Shown here in pieces: positions 19,485-28,045 of a DNA stretch of 39,383 bases. The notes under the pieces are model-generated. The model was given only the letters and a program-made list of their open reading frames with translations, did not search any database and was not told the origin of the DNA. This DNA comes from a virus. Within the stretch, counting starts at the first letter, position 1; each line of letters begins with the position of its first letter. Where the stretch lies: the IMG/VR virus record IMGVR_UViG_3300045988_059515, positions 1-39,383 of that record. One strand, given 5' to 3'. The position numbers and the translations under genes were made by a program.

Positions 19485-22400
19485 ATGGAGATAAACCCTA
19501 AAATACTTGAAGTAGCTGACATATATCAACGTAAATATGGTACTTCAGACTACTTCAAGAAGCTACAAATAGCACAAATGGTACATGAAAGTGCCAATGG
19601 TGAGTCCGCCTTAGCCGTTGAGGATAATAACTTTGGTGGGCTTACTGGATACCATAAGGGAGCAGGACTACAGCCTGAAGAAGATGGTACAGCTGTTTAT
19701 GGACACTTTGATAGTAATGAAGAGTACGCTACATATCTACATGATGGCTTCTTCGCGCACTATCCTGAAATTCATAATGCTACCTCAGCAGGTGAATACG
19801 CAACTATCTTGTATGACAATGGTTACTTTAGAGATAACAACAAAACTAGAGAACAAGATATAGACGACTATGGTACTGACATGGCTAACATTGCAGGAGA
19901 AACATATGTCGCAGGAGCTAAAGTAGGCAGGCACTATGCTGGCTTCGGAGGACTAGAGAAAGGTGTGGGACCACGAGTATACGACTTCTCAGATGATGTC
20001 TTTGAGCCACTAGCCGACACAAACACAGGTGGCTTCTGGAAACAAGCTAAAGATAGCTTCTTGAATGAGTGGTATAACAATGGTACAGTCGCATTGCTTC
20101 GCACAGGATACAATATGGCGGAAGCCAATGGGTTTAAACCAGCAGACAAAAACTGGACACCTAATGAAAACGACCTAAAGGCAATCGACAAGTACTTCCC
20201 TAATGATCTTGAGACAAGACATTTCTTACTTGCAAATGCTAAGTCTCAAGCTCAACTAGGGGCTCTTATCCAGCAAAAACGAGATGACTTTGCTAGACAA
20301 GCACGAGTAGAGAAAGCTGGATACGGCTTAAAGAGTATCGGTGGTATTTTAGGTACAGTGGCAGACCCTCTTAACTTTATACCAGCAGTAGGTCAAGAAG
20401 CACTCATCGGTAAAATGATAGCACGCTTAGGCACACGAACACTAGCCAACCTAGGAGCTAATAAAGTATTCCAAATGGCTGAGCTAGGGTTAGCCAACGG
20501 CTTAATCAATATGGGAGACCAATATGTCGCTCAACAGTATGGTGGTTACACTCCTGACTACTCTACAGCATTTCTATTCGGTGCTGGTATGGGGGCAGGA
20601 GCACGTTACTTCCATTCCATAGGAGGAGAACATAAGACAGCTGTAGGTGCTACACCAGCAATGGATAGATTAGGACGACAAATAGAAGCTGAGACAGAAC
20701 AAGCACTCATGCAGGCTTCTGACTTAGCAGTACCTAAAGCACCTACTAAAGTTGCAGATGAGATTGTCTTACCTAAGATCAGTGAAGCTGACTTCGTGAA
20801 AGACAAAGGCTACACCAATAAAGGTGAATGGGCTGAGCACTTATTGCACCATAAGACAAGTAATGAGTGGAAAGAAGCTAGAGACTTCTACGGAATGTCT
20901 AACAGCGAACTCAAGTCTAAACTTAAGGACTATGCAAGTCTTAAGGACTACTATGGACGACTAGAGAAAACTTACGACTACACATCAAGACCTTACATTA
21001 CTAAGCATAATGATGGCTCAGTATCAGTCAATGATGTAGATTTGTCGAATACATCAGTTATCGCTAATGCAGTAAATGCAGAAGATAACAATTTCTATAT
21101 ACCACTAGCAGATGATGAAGAAATACCATTTATGGACGAGGGCTTTGTCTCACACGTTCCTGAGCTTCCTGAGAGCTCTATAGACGTAGGACTTAAGCCT
21201 GACGATGAAATACCCTTAGAAGCAACTGGACACTCAGATAAGCCTGCACAGGCACTAATTAAGACTGAAATTAAGCCTGAGGACGATTACTTATATATGG
21301 GACAAGGCGGAGTATCCAGCCCTGAAAAAGTAATGATGGAAACTCAAGGAGCTCTAGGTAACAAAGGAACAATCAAACAAAAGGCAGAACTTAACAAAAT
21401 CCTTGGTACAATTTACGGACATCTAGCGAATAGCCCATCAGATACCATGAGACACTTCGCTAAGACAATGTTACTTGACCCTAGAGACCGCATGAATAAC
21501 ATCGGTATTCCTATAGAACTTGCTAAGAAAGTCGTACAGAAAGACTACAAAATCAAGATGGCAGTCTTTGAGGACGACTTTAGGAAGTGGTACTTTGAGC
21601 GTCCTAGACGTCAATGGTTTACACCTAAGCACGCTAAAGAGGAATTTAATGAGGTAGTCAGCAAGGCTTACCATGAAAAGTACAGAGATGGAAAAGACAT
21701 ATCTCACTATGGAGAAACCATCAATAATGCTGTAGAGCACGTTAAAGACTTCCGTGAGTGGGACTTAAAGAACCTTAAGCAGTCAGGACTTGTCAGTGAG
21801 GACTTCGATGGAAGCCCTGAGCTCTACAGACGAGTATCTAAAGACAAATTAGCTTTATTGTCGGAGAAATTCGTTAATGAAGAAGCTAAGAGAAATTTCT
21901 TAGTGCACTACATTGAGAGAGCTGTAGACAGAGAAAGACTAGACGAGGGAATTGACTTAAGAACTGAAGCAGAAGCCTACGCAGATCACATTATGAGAGC
22001 TGGACAACATCACTTTGACGATGGCGAAATGAAAGACGTTAAGGGCGACAAAAGGCTTGCTTACTTTAAGCGTCGTTTACCAATGAACACTGGCTTGACA
22101 GTTCCACTTAAGTTAAGCGGTGGTACTACTGAGAAAGCACTTAATGACCTCTTTAGTTTTGATACAGACCTAAGGGATACTAATATCATGAACCATATGA
22201 ATTATGTCTCTAACCGCTCAAGTGGTGCAATAGCAATCAAGCAGGTAACTGGAGTAGATGATGTCGGAGCACTAGCACATCGTTTTGATACAAAAATCAA
22301 GAACGAACTAGAGCAAGCCGTACAGCTAGGATATGTTAGCGACAAAGAGGCACAGTTAAGCTATGAGGACTTCCATAGAGCATTCCATCATATCACTGGT

Positions 22401-24035
22401 GCACGCATATTCGAGGACGTTATTCCTAAACCTGAGCAAGCTATGGACAGACTACAGAAAGTCTTATTGGACGCTTCCTATGCAATGAATGGTATGAACT
22501 TTGGTTTGTCGGCACTTGCAGAACACGCAGGGGCTGTATCTAAAGTAGGGGCTAGAGCTTTCACTCATTTCATTCCACGCTTACATGATTTTATTCACGA
22601 CTTGAAGCACTCTAAGTTTGTTACAGCTAAGCAGTTAGCAGACTTTAGAAAGATGGAGATAGGTACTTATATGTCGGAAAGCAACTGGTTTGATCCTATA
22701 GTAACCGACAGAAATTACTTAGAGAATAACATTGCAGGCTTGCATATGGAGGCTCTAGGAGCTACACATGATGGCATAAGTGTAGGAGCAAGATTGACTT
22801 CTACCTTGTCTCAAGTACAGCAAATCACTAATCATAGTATTCAATCAATTAAGGCTGACTTAGTACCTGATATGATTGACTGGGCTAATGATGAGTTCTC
22901 AAGCACTTTCAGAAAGAACCTCTTTAGTGAGCGAGCATTTAAGCGTGTAGGTATCGACAATATACCTGAGTTTAAAGCTACAGTAAAACACTATTTGTCG
23001 GACTTAGACCATAACGATCCTACAGCTCTACGCAAGAGCCTAAGAGAATGGCAAAAGAATGACAATATGAGTTATATCAAGTTCCATGCATTCCTTGATA
23101 AGCACTCTATGGACGCAATCTTACAGCCTCACTTTAGTGCAGGTAATACAAGATTGACTGGACACATCTTACCAATTCTTATGCAATTTAAAGCCTTTTC
23201 ACGAATGGCACTCAATAGCCACTTAATGCGAGCCATGGAGCATTGGCAAAGAGAGGACACTATCCAAACACTTGCTACCATTCTTTCAGGCGGTATGCTA
23301 TGGGCTATCCGTATGAGAGCTAAAGCAGAGTATATGTATGGTAATGATGAAAAGCGTAAACAAAAGTTCCTAGACAAAACCTTTACAGCTGACAATATCA
23401 TCACTGCTGGTTTGACAAGAAGCTCTATTTTGTCTCCTCTATCCTTTGAAGATGACGCACGTTCACTTATCTTCGGACGAGGGAGTACTGCTAGAACTAC
23501 TGTAGACCGCCCTGAGTGGACTGAAGATGGGCAGTTGATTGATAGTATAGCTGACAGAGCTAAGCAATTCGCAGTACTAGGGAGTGCTATAAGATTATTC
23601 AATGGTGCACGCACTGGCTTAGAAGCTATTGGAGCACTTGAAAATAATCAAAAGAATGGTAAAGGACAAAATGCTTTGACTGCTGTTTATCCTCTTGACC
23701 GCTACTTGCCTATCCAAATATTCCTTACAGGTATGGCTGATATGGCTCATAAGGAGCAACAAGACTTTAAACGAGTTGAAGAGGAGAACGCTAGACGTAT
23801 CACAGTAGCTAAACCTCAAGTACAGCCACAGGCTCAACCTCAACCTAAGCCACAGCCACAAGTACATCAACCATCAATTCAGGAACTTCTTAAAGATCCT
23901 AAGAAGCGTAAAGAGTTGACCGATGGGCTCAATGCTGAGAAACCTGAGGCACTTAAAGGACGTAATGCAGATGACTTAAGCGACGATGAGTTAGCTAATT
24001 TATACAACGAATATCGACAAATGAAAGGACAATAA
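19485..24035 (+). CDS. Internal virion protein with an N-terminal peptidoglycan hydrolase domain (gp16-like)
   Basis: Size (1516 aa) and synteny. N-terminal AQMVHESANGESALAVEDNNFGGL resembles the glucosaminidase (GH73/FlgJ-type) pattern rather than the SLT motif of T7 gp16. Confidence 0.8.
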   Translation: MEINPKILEVADIYQRKYGTSDYFKKLQIAQMVHESANGESALAVEDNNFGGLTGYHKGAGLQPEEDGTAVYGHFDSNEEYATYLHDGFFAHYPEIHNATSAGEYATILYDNGYFRDNNKTREQDIDDYGTDMANIAGETYVAGAKVGRHYAGFGGLEKGVGPRVYDFSDDVFEPLADTNTGGFWKQAKDSFLNEWYNNGTVALLRTGYNMAEANGFKPADKNWTPNENDLKAIDKYFPNDLETRHFLLANAKSQAQLGALIQQKRDDFARQARVEKAGYGLKSIGGILGTVADPLNFIPAVGQEALIGKMIARLGTRTLANLGANKVFQMAELGLANGLINMGDQYVAQQYGGYTPDYSTAFLFGAGMGAGARYFHSIGGEHKTAVGATPAMDRLGRQIEAETEQALMQASDLAVPKAPTKVADEIVLPKISEADFVKDKGYTNKGEWAEHLLHHKTSNEWKEARDFYGMSNSELKSKLKDYASLKDYYGRLEKTYDYTSRPYITKHNDGSVSVNDVDLSNTSVIANAVNAEDNNFYIPLADDEEIPFMDEGFVSHVPELPESSIDVGLKPDDEIPLEATGHSDKPAQALIKTEIKPEDDYLYMGQGGVSSPEKVMMETQGALGNKGTIKQKAELNKILGTIYGHLANSPSDTMRHFAKTMLLDPRDRMNNIGIPIELAKKVVQKDYKIKMAVFEDDFRKWYFERPRRQWFTPKHAKEEFNEVVSKAYHEKYRDGKDISHYGETINNAVEHVKDFREWDLKNLKQSGLVSEDFDGSPELYRRVSKDKLALLSEKFVNEEAKRNFLVHYIERAVDRERLDEGIDLRTEAEAYADHIMRAGQHHFDDGEMKDVKGDKRLAYFKRRLPMNTGLTVPLKLSGGTTEKALNDLFSFDTDLRDTNIMNHMNYVSNRSSGAIAIKQVTGVDDVGALAHRFDTKIKNELEQAVQLGYVSDKEAQLSYEDFHRAFHHITGARIFEDVIPKPEQAMDRLQKVLLDASYAMNGMNFGLSALAEHAGAVSKVGARAFTHFIPRLHDFIHDLKHSKFVTAKQLADFRKMEIGTYMSESNWFDPIVTDRNYLENNIAGLHMEALGATHDGISVGARLTSTLSQVQQITNHSIQSIKADLVPDMIDWANDEFSSTFRKNLFSERAFKRVGIDNIPEFKATVKHYLSDLDHNDPTALRKSLREWQKNDNMSYIKFHAFLDKHSMDAILQPHFSAGNTRLTGHILPILMQFKAFSRMALNSHLMRAMEHWQREDTIQTLATILSGGMLWAIRMRAKAEYMYGNDEKRKQKFLDKTFTADNIITAGLTRSSILSPLSFEDDARSLIFGRGSTARTTVDRPEWTEDGQLIDSIADRAKQFAVLGSAIRLFNGARTGLEAIGALENNQKNGKGQNALTAVYPLDRYLPIQIFLTGMADMAHKEQQDFKRVEEENARRITVAKPQVQPQAQPQPKPQPQVHQPSIQELLKDPKKRKELTDGLNAEKPEALKGRNADDLSDDELANLYNEYRQMKGQ

Positions 24036-24038
24036 TAC

Positions 24039-25418
24039 ATGATACCACGACTTACCACTAAGACCGTAGTGGGACAGCGTAGCTATAACTTCGGCTTCGA
24101 CTACCTTGCAAGAGACTTTGTTAAGGTAGAAGTCGATGGGAAGCTATTAGAGTACGATAAGGACTACACAGTGAATGGACGCACAGTGGAATTTGTCGTA
24201 ACTCCTACAGAGGTAAAACCTTTGTATATCTATAGGGATACTACAACAATTCCTTTAGTTGACTGGAAAGATAGCTCTATTATGCGAGCTGATGACTTAA
24301 ATCTACAACAAAGGCAAACACAGCATTTGTCAGAAGAACTTGCATTCAGAAGTCAAGAAGCTGTTAAAGCGTATGAATTGATAGTAGACAGTACAGACGA
24401 AGTCAAAAGAAATACTGAAGAAGTGCGAGAGAAAACTGATACAGTAATTAATAAGTCGACAGAAGTAGAAAATAAGACACAAGAAGTAACTGTTAATGCA
24501 AACAAAACACAACAAAATACATCGACTGTACAAGTACTTACACAATTGAACGATAAATACTATAGTGATACATTAGCTATTAAAAATGATGTATCAGTAA
24601 AGGCAGACGAAGTAAAACGTAATACTGATATAGTAGCAGTGCTTAAACGTAAAACTCAGGAACTTTTAGAAGAAAGTCAAAGGTTAGCTGGGCGAGTACA
24701 GCAAATGGTAGGTGGAGACTACTATACAAGAACTGAAGTAGACAAAAAAATACAAACAGAAGCTACAGAAGCATTAAATAATTTAGTAGGCACAGCACCA
24801 CAATCTTTAGACACACTACAGGAATTGGCTACAGCACTAGGAAATGATCCTCATTTTGCTACAACAATAACTAACTTAATTAGTGCTAAGACAACTTTAC
24901 AACAGGTATATCCTGTAGGCTCTATTTATACTTCTACTGTTAATACAAACCCTAGTATACTTTTTGGTTTTGGTAACTGGGAAGCTATTGAGGGTGGTAG
25001 AGTGCTGTTAGCTAGTGGTAATGGTTATAACGCAGGTTCTACAGGTGGTAGCCCTACGCATACCTTGAAAATTGATGAACTACCTAGTCATAATCATGGC
25101 GGAAGTGTTACACAAGCAGGGGCACATGGGCATACGGGAATATCTACTGCTAATGGTGCACATACTCATGACGCTTATTACTATCAATACAGCAAAGGGA
25201 ATGGTTATACCACATCACCCACTATCACAGATATTATAAGCACTTCAGGGAGCTATACTATACCAGTAACTGTAAACAAAGCAGGTGAACATACACATGA
25301 TATTCAAATTAATAATAATGGTAATCACACACATGGTATACCTAATCAGGGGGACAATAAAGCCCATAATATTATGCAACCTTACCTAGTAGTATATATT
25401 TGGAAGCGTACAGAATAG
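24039..25418 (+). CDS. Tail fiber (gp17-like)
   Basis: N-terminal YNFGFDYLARDFVKVEVDG matches the T7 gp17 adaptor (FNIPFEYLARKFVVV). C-terminal HxH repeats and a tail-collar-like ending (HNIMQPYLVVYIWKR). Confidence 0.88.
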   Translation: MIPRLTTKTVVGQRSYNFGFDYLARDFVKVEVDGKLLEYDKDYTVNGRTVEFVVTPTEVKPLYIYRDTTTIPLVDWKDSSIMRADDLNLQQRQTQHLSEELAFRSQEAVKAYELIVDSTDEVKRNTEEVREKTDTVINKSTEVENKTQEVTVNANKTQQNTSTVQVLTQLNDKYYSDTLAIKNDVSVKADEVKRNTDIVAVLKRKTQELLEESQRLAGRVQQMVGGDYYTRTEVDKKIQTEATEALNNLVGTAPQSLDTLQELATALGNDPHFATTITNLISAKTTLQQVYPVGSIYTSTVNTNPSILFGFGNWEAIEGGRVLLASGNGYNAGSTGGSPTHTLKIDELPSHNHGGSVTQAGAHGHTGISTANGAHTHDAYYYQYSKGNGYTTSPTITDIISTSGSYTIPVTVNKAGEHTHDIQINNNGNHTHGIPNQGDNKAHNIMQPYLVVYIWKRTE

Positions 25419-25432
25419 AAAGGAGATAATAT

Positions 25433-25975
25433 TTGTTAATACCAACAGCAGTGCTAGGAGACGCTCTTCTAGCACTTCTTTTAGTTATCATTATTGTATT
25501 TGTCGATACGCTTACCAAATGGACAGCTATTGCTATCCGCTATTGTAAAGACAAAGACTATTACCCTACAGTAATGAATTTGTTTAGAGCTGTTTTCTTC
25601 CGAGCATGGGAGACTGGCTATTTAGAAAGTAAAAAGTACAAGTGGAATATCATGATTAAATTTGTCTCTTATTCCACAGTTATACTCTTAGCAGTCTTTA
25701 TTTACCTGCTATTCCCACAATATGAGGTACAAGGCTTCCACATTGGAAAAATTGTAGCTCTTTTGTTGTATGTAGGGGTAATCTTTGCAGAACTCTTTAG
25801 TATCGCAGAGAACTTGAAAGAAGCTGGCTATGAGAGAAGCCAATTATTTGACAGAGTACTTGAAGCAGGACTTAGCAGAATTGGAGTGAACTACAGAGTA
25901 GATGGCGACAAAATGGCTGAGCTTCCTAAGAAAGTATCTACAGAAATCGAAAGGAGAACTGATGAGAGAAATTAA
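25433..25975 (+). CDS. Putative holin (multi-TM)
   Basis: TTG start 6 nt after AAAGGAGA; three to four hydrophobic segments; AELFSIAENL resembles the E..SI.EN motif of the holin_4_1 (TcdE/LL-H-like) family; overlaps the endolysin start. Confidence 0.6.
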   Translation: MLIPTAVLGDALLALLLVIIIVFVDTLTKWTAIAIRYCKDKDYYPTVMNLFRAVFFRAWETGYLESKKYKWNIMIKFVSYSTVILLAVFIYLLFPQYEVQGFHIGKIVALLLYVGVIFAELFSIAENLKEAGYERSQLFDRVLEAGLSRIGVNYRVDGDKMAELPKKVSTEIERRTDERN

Positions 25976-26483
25976 ATTTGAGGAGTTGTCGGACTACACA
26001 GTCCCTGCTAGAGGTGCAATCGACAAGATTTACTTGCACTGGACAGCAGGGCATTACGGACAATTCTTTGGGGACTACCACTTGAACATCGACGCTGATG
26101 GTAGCCTACACACTGATATGGACAGCTTTATGGACTTGAAAGCTCACACATGGAGACGCAATAGTCGTGCTATTGGTATTTCTATTTGTTGTTGCTATGG
26201 AGCCTCTATAGACGCTGATGGCAACATTGATTATGGCTCAGAGCCTCCTACACAAGACCAATTAGACATGATGGCTAAAGTTGTCGCTAAGCTATGCGTA
26301 GAAATCGGTATTTACCCTGAGGGGAACGTATGGACACACGCTGAAGTAGCCGACTTCGATGGCTATGGTTTACATGATGACGATCCTGATATGCGATGGG
26401 ACTTATATGGTTTAGGCTGGCAGATTAGACAGAGAGTGAGGGAGTATATCAATGAGTGGAGTACCGAACAAACACACGATTAA
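25962..26483 (+). CDS. Endolysin, N-acetylmuramoyl-L-alanine amidase (amidase_2/PGRP, T7 lysozyme family)
   Basis: IYLHWTAGH (first Zn-ligand His context), AHTWRRNSRAIGISI, WTHAEVAD. The ATG at 25962 follows AAAGGAG, so the track start at 25902 is an upstream extension. Confidence 0.85.
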   Translation: MREIKFEELSDYTVPARGAIDKIYLHWTAGHYGQFFGDYHLNIDADGSLHTDMDSFMDLKAHTWRRNSRAIGISICCCYGASIDADGNIDYGSEPPTQDQLDMMAKVVAKLCVEIGIYPEGNVWTHAEVADFDGYGLHDDDPDMRWDLYGLGWQIRQRVREYINEWSTEQTHD

Positions 26484-27030
26484 GAACTGGCTAAAGGTAA
26501 TCATACCACTTGTACTTGTGATTGTCGTAGGCTTCCTAGCCTACCACTTTAACACTCATGAGGTTCCTGAAGAGCCTACATACACACCAAAGGCTCCTAT
26601 CCATGTAGAACATGAAAGAAAACAGACGACTACCTTTGAGTACTTACCAAAGGCTGTAGATCCTATTACTGGAGTTCGTGAGGATACAGATGTACAATTC
26701 ACGACTAAACAACAGCCACTTGTAGTCAATGTTAATGGCAAGCGTCATGAGATAGCTACAGACAACGTAAAGGAAGAACATAAGCTAGACAATGGCAAGC
26801 TAGTAGTAACTGAAACACATGAAGCAGTACTAGACCTAAGAGTACCTGAACAGCCACGCTTTAAGAAAGGCATTTATGTCGAGACAGACTTTAACAATGA
26901 TAAGGCAATTACAGCAGGAGCTAGATTGTCGTACCAAACACCAAAGTTTGACGTAGACCTTAAGGCTGACCTTTATAGTCAAAAAGAACATACGAAAAGA
27001 ACAACACTAACCGCTACTGGTTGGTTCTAA
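26452..27030 (+). CDS. Membrane-anchored protein in the lysis cassette (possible spanin-like or lysis accessory protein)
   Basis: Single N-terminal TM (WLKVIIPLVLVIVVGFLAYHF) and a soluble C-terminal domain; overlaps the endolysin end; followed by a terminator. Confidence 0.5.
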   Translation: MSGVPNKHTIKNWLKVIIPLVLVIVVGFLAYHFNTHEVPEEPTYTPKAPIHVEHERKQTTTFEYLPKAVDPITGVREDTDVQFTTKQQPLVVNVNGKRHEIATDNVKEEHKLDNGKLVVTETHEAVLDLRVPEQPRFKKGIYVETDFNNDKAITAGARLSYQTPKFDVDLKADLYSQKEHTKRTTLTATGWF

Positions 27031-27035
27031 CCAAT

Positions 27036-27069
27036 AGCCCTCTATGGATATTCCGTAGGGGGCTTTTTT
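27036..27069 (+). terminator. Intrinsic terminator after the lysis cassette
   Basis: 12-bp stem AGCCCTCTATGG / CCGTAGGGGGCT (two G-U pairs), 5-nt loop, then TTTTTT. Confidence 0.8.
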
Positions 27070-27088
27070 ATATTCCTAAGGAGGCATA

Positions 27089-27595
27089 TTGAGACAAGCA
27101 CTAATTAAAGGGAGCAAGACAGATGAATGGTACACACCACTGGAAACAGTTAAGACAATGCTTAAAGTATTCCCACCTAAAAGAGGCGACCATATTTGTC
27201 TACCATTCGACACAAAAAAAAGCAATTTCTATAAAGTCATAACCAAAGATTATGATCCACAAGCCATCTATGGAATAAACGATTGGCTAACAAAAGATTA
27301 TGAATACGACTATCTAATCACTAACCCTCCGTACAGCAATAAAGATGAGATTATTGAACGCTGTATCGAGAGCGGTAAACCATGCGTATTAGTGCTACCT
27401 ATAGAAAGCCTAGGCGGTGTAAAGCGTCATGCACTCTATAAGAAAACTAATATAGCTATCTATGTACCAACTAAACGTATCAAGTTTATTAGTGAAGATG
27501 GTGAGGATAGTAAAGCACCTGCACACCACAGCATTGTAATGCTCATCAATGCAAAGCGTACAGAGATTATATTTGAGCATGAATTAGAACACTAA
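27089..27595 (+). CDS. DNA N6-adenine methyltransferase (small phage Dam-like)
   Basis: TTG start after AAGGAGG; DEWYTP near the N-terminus; catalytic NPPY motif (ITNPPYSNK). Confidence 0.75.
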   Translation: MRQALIKGSKTDEWYTPLETVKTMLKVFPPKRGDHICLPFDTKKSNFYKVITKDYDPQAIYGINDWLTKDYEYDYLITNPPYSNKDEIIERCIESGKPCVLVLPIESLGGVKRHALYKKTNIAIYVPTKRIKFISEDGEDSKAPAHHSIVMLINAKRTEIIFEHELEH

Positions 27596-27604
27596 GGAGA
27601 ACAT

Positions 27605-27802
27605 ATGGCGAAAGTAATTAGAACTCAAATGAAAGCTATCAGAGCAAAATGTTTAGATTGTTGCTGTAACGACACTAAAGAAGTAGACAACTGCACTGTA
27701 GAAGATTGTCCTTTATGGGACTACAGAATGGGAAAGACACCTAAAGGAGTTGTAAAGGTAAACAAGCTAGACCTTAATGCTACACGAAAGAAAGGAGAAT
27801 AA
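27605..27802 (+). CDS. Small Cys-rich (zinc-binding-like) protein
   Basis: CLDCCCNDTKEVDNCTVEDCPLWDYRMGK; SD AAGGAGA. Confidence 0.6.
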   Translation: MAKVIRTQMKAIRAKCLDCCCNDTKEVDNCTVEDCPLWDYRMGKTPKGVVKVNKLDLNATRKKGE

Positions 27803-28045
27803 ATGAATATTAAACCTGAGATTTTAGACCAATTAGCAGAGCTTGAAGTAGACGCACTACTTGAGGGCTTGCAAGACCCTGAAACAAGACTTAACCCATC
27901 ATTCCTAGAGAAAGTCCGTAGGTTCTTACGAGACAATAAATTGGAGACCACTCCTGAACTTGCTATTGAAGTAAAGAGAGAGACACATGAAATTCCAGTG
28001 TTTGACCCTCCGACACTCATGGACGAGCACTATGGTGATCACTAA
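27803..28045 (+). CDS. Terminase small subunit (gp18-like), by position
   Basis: 80 aa directly upstream of and overlapping (TAATG) the large terminase; T7 gp18 is a similar size. Confidence 0.6.
   Translation: MNIKPEILDQLAELEVDALLEGLQDPETRLNPSFLEKVRRFLRDNKLETTPELAIEVKRETHEIPVFDPPTLMDEHYGDH

Noticed and set aside
19618-19863. Alternative-frame + ORF (81 aa) inside the gp16-like gene
   Set aside because: It is nested in the conserved hydrolase domain, with no SD.
18285-24545. Minus-strand ORFs inside the internal virion protein and tail fiber genes (for example 23129..23614 and 23619..23870)
   Set aside because: They are antisense to long, conserved + strand genes, with no translation signals.
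26452-27030. An embedded Rz1-like lipoprotein ORF within the membrane-anchored lysis gene
   Set aside because: By eye I found no alternate-frame ORF with a lipobox. This needs a computational check before anything is claimed.
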